Translations under genes and position numbers: made by a program | In this document: in pieces, positions 14,803-22,404 of the stretch | Layout: each line of letters starts with the position of its first letter | Numbering within the stretch: position 1 is the first letter of the stretch | Notes under the pieces: model-generated | Databases searched by the model: none | What the model saw: only the letters and a program-made list of their open reading frames with translations | Told to the model about the DNA's origin: nothing | From: a virus | Strand: one strand, 5' to 3' | DNA length: 23,078 nucleotides | IMG/VR virus record: IMGVR_UViG_3300031949_000010

Positions 14803-15527
14803 GCCGCGCCGCCCTGCTGGGCGTCGACGAGGTGATCGAGCTCGGTCAGGAGCGCCCTCCCGAGAGCGCGACCCCGACCGAGCTCCAGGAGATCCGCAGC
14901 GTGATCGACGCTTGGATCGCCCGCTACGGCCGGGAGGTCACGAGGCTGGTCGCCCGGCAGAGCCGTCTCGCACAGGAAACCGGGGAGTCGCTCTTCCGGC
15001 TCTGGCTCCAAGAGGTCGGTGCGACGCTGGGCATCGTGCCCAACCCAGCCGAGGTCTGGGAGGCGACGCGCCTGGTGGCCTTCCGGCTACTCTCGGTCGG
15101 GCAGGCGTTCGCGCAGCAGTACCACCCGTACTTCACGGACGAGCAGGACCGCCTGCTCTCTATGGAGATGGACCAGGCCCTGAAGACGATCGACACGGCC
15201 GAGGAGTTCTCGCGGGCGCTGCGCCCGGAGGTCCTGCAGTACATCGAGCGCCTCATCAAGGGCGCGACCCAGGTCCTTATGGACGTCTCGGCACAACTCG
15301 CCGACATCCTGAAGCGCGTCGGCTTGGCCGCGATCGAGGTGCCCCAACTCACCTTCGACCTCATCAAGTGGATCCGGGAGCACATCGGCCTCGTGGTCGG
15401 GATCGGCGTGGCCGTGGTGGTGGCCGCATTCGTCGTCCCGCCCCTCATCCAGGCCTCCATGGCCTCAGGGCGCATGTCGGGCACGGCGGCGGGGCCCGCG
15501 GGACGCCTCGGAAGGAGCGCGGCATGA
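14799..15527 (+). CDS. Helical protein with C-terminal TM anchor, putative virion membrane protein
   Basis: ATGA overlaps at both ends; IGLVVGIGVAVVVAAFVVPPLI. Confidence 0.8.
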   Translation: MSRAALLGVDEVIELGQERPPESATPTELQEIRSVIDAWIARYGREVTRLVARQSRLAQETGESLFRLWLQEVGATLGIVPNPAEVWEATRLVAFRLLSVGQAFAQQYHPYFTDEQDRLLSMEMDQALKTIDTAEEFSRALRPEVLQYIERLIKGATQVLMDVSAQLADILKRVGLAAIEVPQLTFDLIKWIREHIGLVVGIGVAVVVAAFVVPPLIQASMASGRMSGTAAGPAGRLGRSAA

Positions 15528-16327
15528 GCGAGGGAACCCTCGGCATGGCCGTCCAGTCCCGCCAGCGCGGCGAAGCCCTCGCCCTCGCGCTCCACGTGTC
15601 CGGCCTGGTCGGCGCGTCGGAGACCGTGACCTCGAACGCCGTCCGTGCGCAGGGCTACAACGCCGTCGTCGGCCTCATCCTCTCGGACGTCGCCTTCACG
15701 ATCGAGATCCAAGGGGCGAGCGCGATCCGCAAGGCCGGTCGCCAGGTAGCGGGAGAGTGGACCACGCTCGAGTCGATCGCGAGCGCCGCCTCCGGCGCGC
15801 GCCAGCGCGTCACCCTCGACCACGAAGTGCGGGCCGACTACATCCGGATCCGCCTCGTGAACGGGGCCTCGAAGGAGAGTTTCCTTCAGCACGGCGTCCG
15901 GCTCATTCCCATCTTCTCGTTCAAGCGCGTCGAGGTCGTGAGCGGAGACATCGACGTCACGGCCGCGCCCATTGGCACGCCGACGCCGACGACCGGATCC
16001 CAGAACCTCGCCTTGGCGCCACTTGCGCTGACTTCGACCCCGGCGGTCGCGAAGAAGGCGCGCTGGGTCTCGATCTCGTTCTCAGCCGTCCTCCCGGCGC
16101 TACAGACCGTCACGATCACGCTTGACAGCGCATCCGGAGCTGCTTTCGATGTCCTGATCGAGAGCGTGAACATCCTGCCGGCCGCGTCCGTCGCTGCACA
16201 GGGGTATTTCTTCGAATTCCCGCCCGAGATGCTGCTTGCGGCGGGTGACCAGATCAGGGTCGAACTCACAAACACCGGAGCTCCCGCAGTCACGGCGAGC
16301 GCCGTCATCATGATGGAGACCGGCTAA
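15524..16327 (+). CDS. Two-domain beta-sandwich structural protein (penton/spike-base-like)
   Basis: SD AAGGAG; SDVAFTIEIQG...W...ADYIRIRLVNGA and a second domain ending LAAGDQIRVELTN, both jelly-roll-like strand patterns. Confidence 0.7.
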   Translation: MSEGTLGMAVQSRQRGEALALALHVSGLVGASETVTSNAVRAQGYNAVVGLILSDVAFTIEIQGASAIRKAGRQVAGEWTTLESIASAASGARQRVTLDHEVRADYIRIRLVNGASKESFLQHGVRLIPIFSFKRVEVVSGDIDVTAAPIGTPTPTTGSQNLALAPLALTSTPAVAKKARWVSISFSAVLPALQTVTITLDSASGAAFDVLIESVNILPAASVAAQGYFFEFPPEMLLAAGDQIRVELTNTGAPAVTASAVIMMETG

Positions 16328-17950
16328 ATGTCTTTACGCGGGTCCCGGGTCGGCGGCGTCCCGACGGACGAGGGCGTCTTCGGAACCGGCGCGCTCAACG
16401 AGAACATCGTCGGCGTCATCGTGCGCGCCGCAATGTCCGGGGAAGACGCTTCCGCAGCCGCGGGCTTCCGCAACGTCCCCATCGCCTCCCGCGCCGCGCT
16501 CGCCGCGCAGGCCTACACGGACCAGCGGCTGCTTGTTGACGGAGTGGTGCGCGGCGACGACGGGGTGACGTACAGCGCAATCCCGGCCCGCGCGGGAAAT
16601 GTCGCGATCTCCGAGAGCATCGTGGGTCTGCTTGTGGATGCTCGGGTGGTCGGATGGGACTCCGACGCGGTCGCGGGCTCACAAAACATTCCTGTTCAGG
16701 CTCGCAACGCCGTCGCCGCGCAGTCGTACACTGTGTACCGCCTTCTGACTGATTCCGTCCTCCGCGGCGATGACGGGGCGACGTGGAGCGCAGTCGCAGC
16801 CAGGAACTGGGATGCTGACGGGGATGCCGGATCCACCCTCATCGGTCTTATCGTAAACGCCAGGCTCGCAACCGTGACAGGTGCGTCTGGAGGGGCGACG
16901 GTTAACCGGCTTTACGCCGATCTTCCGTCCGGAATATCCGGAACCACAGATACTGCGGTATTCGCACTCTGGACCGCTTCGTACTGCGTCGGCAGAGACA
17001 CGACGGGCGCCGCCGTTGCGCGACCCGTAGAAGCGAGGGACTATGGCGTAGATGGGGACGCAGACGCCGCTCTGATCGGACTTCTCACGAATGCTAGAAA
17101 CGCAGTTTTCCAAACCCCCACATCAAGCGTCTGGACACGCATATCAGGGGATGCCGTAAGCAGTCTGACGGGTGAATCGACCGGCTCGCAAGTGTGGACG
17201 CGCGTTGCTTCGTCTCTATTCGGCGTCGACACAACCGGCGCCGCCGTGGTCAGGTCGGTGGAGGCGCGGAATGCTGACGCAGACGGTGACTTTGCCACGA
17301 CGCTGATAGGCTTGCTGGTAAATTCGCGTAACGCTCTTCTCGATGCGTCATCCGGTGGATGGGTCATCCAAGGCGGACTCCGAGAAGTGACTGGCGGTGT
17401 GGACGCTGCGCTGATATATGAGACGAGGGAGAGTGGATACGTTTCTTCCATTCGCGAGCGCCGCTTCATCGCGACCTCCCAGACCGCCGGAGCCACTCTC
17501 ACCGCCCAGGCTGCTTTCGTCGCGACGACCCCGACGCTCATGTTGCGACAAGCGGCGGGAGCGACCGAGACGGAAGTCGTCCGGTCCATCTCGATCACTT
17601 CCTTCGCGGCAACTCCAGCCGGGATCCGCGTCGTCGTGATGCTGGATCCGGATGACCGCTTCTCGGCCGGCGGCACGGCGGTCGTGCCTCAGAATCCGAA
17701 CGAAGGCTCGGCTGCTGCCAGCGGCATCACAAGCTTCCTCGAGAACCCGACCGCGACGGCCGCGGACGCGGACGAGCGGATCATCTACAACGAGGGGTTC
17801 GCGGGTGGGGTCGGTGCCAAGCTGGTCCTTGAGTTCAAGGACGAGATGATCCTCTCCGGGGTCGGCACGATCCTCGTCTACGTCTTCGACTCTGCCGGGG
17901 CTGCCGCGCCGACGATCGCTTGGAATTTTGAGTGGGAGGAGTATGTGTAA
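16328..17950 (+). CDS. Putative spike/receptor-binding protein with 71-78 aa internal repeats and beta-rich C-terminal domain
   Basis: TAAATG coupling; five [IL][VI]G[LV][LI]xx[AS] cores; A/G/T/V-rich; ends WNFEWEEYV. Confidence 0.75.
   Translation: MSLRGSRVGGVPTDEGVFGTGALNENIVGVIVRAAMSGEDASAAAGFRNVPIASRAALAAQAYTDQRLLVDGVVRGDDGVTYSAIPARAGNVAISESIVGLLVDARVVGWDSDAVAGSQNIPVQARNAVAAQSYTVYRLLTDSVLRGDDGATWSAVAARNWDADGDAGSTLIGLIVNARLATVTGASGGATVNRLYADLPSGISGTTDTAVFALWTASYCVGRDTTGAAVARPVEARDYGVDGDADAALIGLLTNARNAVFQTPTSSVWTRISGDAVSSLTGESTGSQVWTRVASSLFGVDTTGAAVVRSVEARNADADGDFATTLIGLLVNSRNALLDASSGGWVIQGGLREVTGGVDAALIYETRESGYVSSIRERRFIATSQTAGATLTAQAAFVATTPTLMLRQAAGATETEVVRSISITSFAATPAGIRVVVMLDPDDRFSAGGTAVVPQNPNEGSAAASGITSFLENPTATAADADERIIYNEGFAGGVGAKLVLEFKDEMILSGVGTILVYVFDSAGAAAPTIAWNFEWEEYV
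16397..17330 (+). repeat. Protein-level tandem repeats (A-A-B-B-partial) in the spike gene
   Basis: Cores at 16406, 16619, 16838, 17072, 17303; type A contains RGDDGxT[YW]SA, type B contains GxDTTGAAVxRxVEAR. Confidence 0.85.
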
Positions 17951-18575
17951 CATACTTCTTGCCCTGATGTGGACAACGTCCATAGAAGCCAATGGCCATA
18001 TTGCAGTTGTGGCACAGCACACGAAAGCCTTTCGGCCATCCGGCCCTTCTCAACCAAACGGCCATTTCGAATCCACGATAAGAAGTCTTCTTCCGATGCT
18101 TCTCTCCTCCCCCCTTTTTGTGGTCGAGAGCAAGGAATTCGTAGGCCGACTCTCCACAACATGCACATTGGGGAGGATCTCCACCGTAATGAGTCAGCGC
18201 CAGCAGACGAATTCTTTTCTTGCTTGCTCTAGAAGACTTTCTGTAGAAGTTCGGGTTTTTCCTTCTCCTATTCCTGATGTACACACGACAGCATTCGCAA
18301 CACCATGTCTTGAGCTTGTCTTGGCGGCTGTTGTCCAGTGTGTACATATGAAGCGGTCGCGCGATCCCACACCGTTTGCATATCCTGAGAATAAGCGACC
18401 GTCTGCGTTTTTTCCTACGGATGTATCCGTTGGAGCAAGATATACATATTGCGGACAGGCCATCCTTGGATTTTCCAGAAAGACGAAACGCACAACGCCT
18501 TTTCCAAGACGCGCAATAGATACATCTTTTGCGGTTGCGAAACTGGAACGGTATGATCGGTTGATCCATAGCCAT
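17835..18575 (-). CDS. Free-standing HNH-type endonuclease with two N-terminal CxxC...CxxC modules
   Basis: CACCGE...FLALDHKKGGG...FRVLCHNCN...CPH; SD GGAGG before ATG 18575; markedly lower GC; only convincing minus-strand gene. Confidence 0.85.
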   Translation of the reverse strand: MAMDQPIIPFQFRNRKRCIYCASWKRRCAFRLSGKSKDGLSAICISCSNGYIRRKKRRRSLILRICKRCGIARPLHMYTLDNSRQDKLKTWCCECCRVYIRNRRRKNPNFYRKSSRASKKRIRLLALTHYGGDPPQCACCGESAYEFLALDHKKGGGEKHRKKTSYRGFEMAVWLRRAGWPKGFRVLCHNCNMAIGFYGRCPHQGKKYVTHTPPTQNSKRSSARQPRQSRRRRRGSCRPRRGSSRP

Positions 18576-18603
18576 GCGCCCTCCATAGCGCAGGTTGTGG
18601 CCA

Positions 18604-18646
18604 GAGGCCGACGCCCGTGTCTGCGGGTATCGGCCTCGTTTATTAT
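18604..18646. terminator. Strong hairpin followed by T-rich tract on + strand
   Basis: GAGGCCGA..CCCG/CGGG..TCGGCCTC (18604-18637) then GTTTATTAT. Confidence 0.55.
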
Positions 18647-18670
18647 CGGACAATTCGAAGAACGAGTCAA
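18642..18670 (-). promoter_or_regulatory. Putative promoter for the HNH gene, TTGACT-N17-GATAAT
   Basis: -35 at 18670-18665, -10 at 18647-18642 on the minus strand. Confidence 0.6.
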
Positions 18671-18700
18671 CCCAGCCAAATTAGGAATCAAGGTCTCTTA

Positions 18701-19564
18701 ATGGACCAATTCTCCACCAGTCCAGCAGGCGGCGGCGGGGGATCGACGTCCCTGCTCTTCGGGGACGGTAGCACTGGCACGGGCACGATCGGAAACACCA
18801 CGCTCACTGCCGACGCCTACTACGACGACCTGACCATCCCGGGCGGCGTGGTCCTCGAGACCGCCGGGTACCGGCTGTTCGTGAAGGGGACCTTAACGAA
18901 CAACGGGACCATCCGGAACAACGGGGTGAACGGGATCGCCGGAAGCGCGGGACAGGCGGGAGCCCCGGCCGGGACGCTGGCCGGAGGCACCATCGGGGGC
19001 AACGGCGGCAACCCCTCCACGGCCGGAACCAACCAAGCCAACAAGGGCGTAGGGGGCGGGGGTGGGAACGGCGGGAATGCTTCCGTTTCCAACGGATCGC
19101 TTGGCGGGACCGTCACCGCTATCGCCGCGAACGAAGGCGGGACCGGGGTCCTGCGGAACATCCCTGGGGGAATGACGGGCCGTCGTTTACAGGGCCCTGC
19201 GGCCGGTGCATTCGAGAATGTTGCCGTCGCTCCGGGAGCCGGGGGTGGGGGCGGCGGGGAAGGCGCTGGCTTCGGCTCGGGCTCGGGCGCGGGCGGGGGC
19301 GGCGGTGTCATCGTGGCCGCGCACGCTTGGGCGGGCTCCGGGGTGGTGGAAGCGAAGGGCGGAGACGGGGGGAGCCCGTTGGGCAACGGCGGGGGCGGCG
19401 GGGGCGGCGGGGGCGGGTTCATCGTCGCCGTTTCCGGAGGGGACGATTTCGGGTCGGTCACCTTCTCGGTCGCGGGCGGGGCCGCAGGGACCGGGAATGC
19501 TCCGGGGCTGAACGGGACCTCTGGAAGCAGCGGGCAGCTCGTCCAGATCACAAATGCCGCATGA
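18701..19564 (+). CDS. Glycine-rich virion surface protein
   Basis: LFGDGSTG N-terminal motif, GYRLFVKGTLT, multiple GGGGG runs typical of phage Gly-rich fibre domains. Confidence 0.8.
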   Translation: MDQFSTSPAGGGGGSTSLLFGDGSTGTGTIGNTTLTADAYYDDLTIPGGVVLETAGYRLFVKGTLTNNGTIRNNGVNGIAGSAGQAGAPAGTLAGGTIGGNGGNPSTAGTNQANKGVGGGGGNGGNASVSNGSLGGTVTAIAANEGGTGVLRNIPGGMTGRRLQGPAAGAFENVAVAPGAGGGGGGEGAGFGSGSGAGGGGGVIVAAHAWAGSGVVEAKGGDGGSPLGNGGGGGGGGGGFIVAVSGGDDFGSVTFSVAGGAAGTGNAPGLNGTSGSSGQLVQITNAA

Positions 19565-19570
19565 TGATCC

Positions 19571-19599
19571 TTGGAGGTGGCCGCGCGCCGGGCTATAAT
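19571..19599 (+). promoter_or_regulatory. Putative promoter TTGGAG-N17-TATAAT
   Basis: Perfect -10 in GC-rich DNA, 17-nt spacer, intergenic. Confidence 0.7.
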
Positions 19600-19613
19600 T
19601 CGTTGGAGCAACC

Positions 19614-19973
19614 ATGAAAGCCAGATACGAGATGACGAGGTTCGACGCGGATTCCTATCCCGGGACCGCCATCGTCCGCATCCAGGCGACCGCGCTTCAT
19701 ACGGACGGTTCGCCGGCGACCTACCGGAAACGCGTCAGCCTCATGGAGAACGGGAAGCCCGCGGTGGGCTACGAGCAGGCGTCTGTCTTCTCCGAGGCGG
19801 AGCGGCGTCTGCCCTACGAAGGCCAGGAGCCGCAAGCGTACGGGCTCGAAGTGGCGAGATCCGTGAAGGGCGAACTCGACGACAAGCTCGCGAAGGCTCT
19901 GAACGCGCACGGCCTCCGCGATGCGGCCCCGGCAGCGCCCAAGATCGAAGGACCTGTGGAGCTCAAACTTTGA
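19614..19973 (+). CDS. Hypothetical protein
   Basis: SD GGAG; codon usage like flanks. Confidence 0.75.
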   Translation: MKARYEMTRFDADSYPGTAIVRIQATALHTDGSPATYRKRVSLMENGKPAVGYEQASVFSEAERRLPYEGQEPQAYGLEVARSVKGELDDKLAKALNAHGLRDAAPAAPKIEGPVELKL

Positions 19974-19989
19974 TTTGGAGGTCTGGAAC

Positions 19990-20442
19990 ATGACGGAGAT
20001 CACGCCGACGGTGCCGGACGGTTACCGGGAGTTGACCGGGACCGAGAAGGAGGAGTTTCTGAACGTCGGGACCGCGATCACGCTCCTCCAGTTCAAGTTG
20101 AACCAGCATCAGGCGGAGCTCCGCGCCGCGAAGGTCGAGACCGAGCTGGCCCAGTCCCGGATCCGGGACGTTCAGCGCGAGATGCAGATCGCGATGCAGC
20201 AGCGCGACGAGCAGAATGCGCGCCTCAAGATCGTGGGCAACAAAGAGGACGTGGTCGTGGACGGCTCCAAGGTCTACGTCATCGTCCGACCGGAAGGCTG
20301 GGAGCCGCCGAAGAAGGCCTCTTCCGAGATGAGGCTCATCCCGGGCGTCGGTCGGGTCGAGATCACGAAGACGCCCGGCATGCCGTCCCTTGAGGCGATG
20401 GCCACCGCCCCCATCGTGCCCGTGGACAAAAAGAAGGACTAG
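19990..20442 (+). CDS. Hypothetical coiled-coil protein
   Basis: SD GGAGG; Q/E/R-rich helix. Confidence 0.75.
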   Translation: MTEITPTVPDGYRELTGTEKEEFLNVGTAITLLQFKLNQHQAELRAAKVETELAQSRIRDVQREMQIAMQQRDEQNARLKIVGNKEDVVVDGSKVYVIVRPEGWEPPKKASSEMRLIPGVGRVEITKTPGMPSLEAMATAPIVPVDKKKD

Positions 20443-20455
20443 GAGGAACGAATTC

Positions 20456-20803
20456 ATGGCGACGAAGACGAAGCTCTCCACGGCCGATGCCGCGACCCTC
20501 GAGCGGCTCGACAAGCGCGCGACGGACTGCGAGGGGAAAATCCGGTCGGCTGACCAGAACCTTTCATCGTTCGATGAGTTCATCGCGGAAGCCGACGCGA
20601 TGATCGCGCTTCCACAGGTCTCTCAGGCGGAGAAGGACCAGTGGGCGGCCCGGAAGCTCCACTGCCAGACCGTCCAGACGGCCGACGAGAACAACCGGAA
20701 GGCCGTCGCCCAGGCGCTCCTCGCTCCCACCCTGACGGCACTCGACGCCGAGAAGGCCAGGCTGGGGGCGGAGAAGGGCGCCGACGGATGGTACGTCGGG
20801 TAG
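20456..20803 (+). CDS. Hypothetical helical protein
   Basis: SD AGGAGG. Confidence 0.75.
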   Translation: MATKTKLSTADAATLERLDKRATDCEGKIRSADQNLSSFDEFIAEADAMIALPQVSQAEKDQWAARKLHCQTVQTADENNRKAVAQALLAPTLTALDAEKARLGAEKGADGWYVG

Positions 20804-20872
20804 TTTCGCGCGACCGGGGTTGCAGGACGTGACGGGGTGCTGTCTTGAACGTCTTTGCAACAGGAAGGGGCG

Positions 20873-21052
20873 ATGGACACAACGTGCTGGACGATCATCA
20901 CGACGCTGGCCGGAGCACTCGCCGCGACGGCGATCTGGGGCGTGAAGCAGGCAAAGGGCAAGGAGAAGATCCTCCGGGAGTGGCTGGATGCGAGCCGTGA
21001 ACAACTGAAACTGGTCAGCTTCGTCAACGAGGTCAACAGGAGCAAGAGGTGA
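20873..21052 (+). CDS. Small single-pass membrane protein
   Basis: WTIITTLAGALAATAIWGV then basic tail; purine-rich SD. Confidence 0.65.
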   Translation: MDTTCWTIITTLAGALAATAIWGVKQAKGKEKILREWLDASREQLKLVSFVNEVNRSKR

Positions 21053-21055
21053 CCT

Positions 21056-21295
21056 ATGGTCTCCGAGAAGAAGATGCGCGAGGAGATCCTGAGCAACCAG
21101 AACGCCCTGAAGCAGCGTCTGGTCGAACTCTACGAGAAGATCCAGAACGGCGGCCTTTCCGATGAGGAGAAGGATAGGCTTGAGGAGGCGGTCCGCCTGA
21201 TCAAAGCTCAACTCGAACCGGTCACCAAGACCGTCTGCAAGCGGCTCGGCGTCCCGGAGGACAGCGACATCATCCGGCTCTGCAAAAGTCGGTAG
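21056..21295 (+). CDS. Hypothetical helical protein
   Basis: SD GAGG; tiles with neighbours. Confidence 0.7.
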   Translation: MVSEKKMREEILSNQNALKQRLVELYEKIQNGGLSDEEKDRLEEAVRLIKAQLEPVTKTVCKRLGVPEDSDIIRLCKSR

Positions 21296-21314
21296 CCTGA
21301 CGAGGAGGAGAACC

Positions 21315-21728
21315 ATGCTCTCATGGATTGTGGCGGTCGAGGAGAAGGACGCGATCAAGGATCTGGTCCTCCAGTTTCTGGCCAGCTACCTGGGAATCGC
21401 GCTCGGCGTCTCCATGATCGTCGAGCTCACGAAGTGGATCGCGAAGGATTGGGCGAAGCCGAAGGCCCCTGTCCTGACCATCCTGCTCGCCTTCCTGCTC
21501 GGATCGGCCGCGAAATGCGTCCTGCCGGACATCTATGGTGGACACACGTTCAGGACCTGGACGTTCCACTTGGTGACGCTCCTCTTCGTAGCGGTGCTTG
21601 CTGCGGCTTTTCACGACAAAATCTGGAATATCGTCAAGGGAAAACTGGGTACAATCATTCCCGGAGGCGTGGAACCTCCCGCCGATGAGAAGCCTCCTAG
21701 TACCGGCGGCGGGGGCGACGCCAGATAG
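21315..21728 (+). CDS. Holin-like membrane protein (3 TM)
   Basis: SD GAGGAGGAG; LGIALGVSMIVELTK, VLTILLAFLLG, LVTLLFVAVLAAAFHD, charged tail. Confidence 0.6.
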   Translation: MLSWIVAVEEKDAIKDLVLQFLASYLGIALGVSMIVELTKWIAKDWAKPKAPVLTILLAFLLGSAAKCVLPDIYGGHTFRTWTFHLVTLLFVAVLAAAFHDKIWNIVKGKLGTIIPGGVEPPADEKPPSTGGGGDAR

Positions 21729-21805
21729 CCGATCCTTATTGTGGCAGCGACTTCGGAGTGTTATTCTATCCAAAGCCGCGCGATCCGCGCGGAGGGAGAT
21801 TTGGC

Positions 21806-22063
21806 ATGCGAAAGGCCATCCGCGTCCTCGTTCTTCCACTGCTTGTCCTCGTCCTGATCGCGCTCGGCGCCTGCTCGGCCGCAGTCTCTAGGATCGACGC
21901 CGAGCGCGTCTCGACGCTCTGGGATGTTCTGGGACCTCGCCAGCGCGAGTACATCGCGAAGGACCCCGCCCTCGCGAACGACGCTGACAGCCGGGCCAAG
22001 CGTATCGAGACGGTCGACCGGATGGACCGCGCGGTTCGCGACCTGAAGGAGTCGTCGAAATGA
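21806..22063 (+). CDS. Small lipoprotein
   Basis: MRK, hydrophobic core, lipobox LGA-C; SD GGAGGGAG. Confidence 0.8.
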   Translation: MRKAIRVLVLPLLVLVLIALGACSAAVSRIDAERVSTLWDVLGPRQREYIAKDPALANDADSRAKRIETVDRMDRAVRDLKESSK

Positions 22064-22404
22064 GCGCCACCTGGGACACGCTCCGGAATTCCCTGGCTCC
22101 CCGCGTGAAGAGCGCCCTGGGGGCGCTCTGGGACCGCAAGGAGGCCCGCGAGTTCGCCGAGCGGAAGCTGGACGATATGGCGAAGGACGCCTGGCTTTCG
22201 GCAAACGGCGACACGGACGAGATCCGGCAGGTCCACCGGGACAACCTCGAGGACCTCTGGGCCCACGTGAAGGACGAGGCCCTCGTCATGGCGAGGGATG
22301 CGGCGGGAGGGTTCGGGGAAGTTCTGGGCACGATTCTCAAGGCCGTGGCGGGCACGCTCCTGGGCGCACTTGAGGCGAGACTCCTCGGGAGGCTCGCCCC
22401 GTGA
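22060..22404 (+). CDS. Helical protein with amphipathic/hydrophobic C-terminus
   Basis: ATGA coupling to the lipoprotein; FGEVLGTILKAVAGTLLGAL. Confidence 0.75.
   Translation: MSATWDTLRNSLAPRVKSALGALWDRKEAREFAERKLDDMAKDAWLSANGDTDEIRQVHRDNLEDLWAHVKDEALVMARDAAGGFGEVLGTILKAVAGTLLGALEARLLGRLAP

Noticed and set aside
17950-18700. Group I intron or intein hosting the HNH
   Set aside because: HNH is antisense, flanking genes appear complete with their own stop and start, and no intron core or intein motifs were recognised
17928-18701. 257-aa plus-strand ORF spanning the HNH insert
   Set aside because: Antisense to a clear HNH gene, no recognisable features; it does bridge the two structural genes, so translation is not strictly excluded
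19240-19420. G-rich runs as G-quadruplex or simple repeats
   Set aside because: Explained by poly-glycine coding
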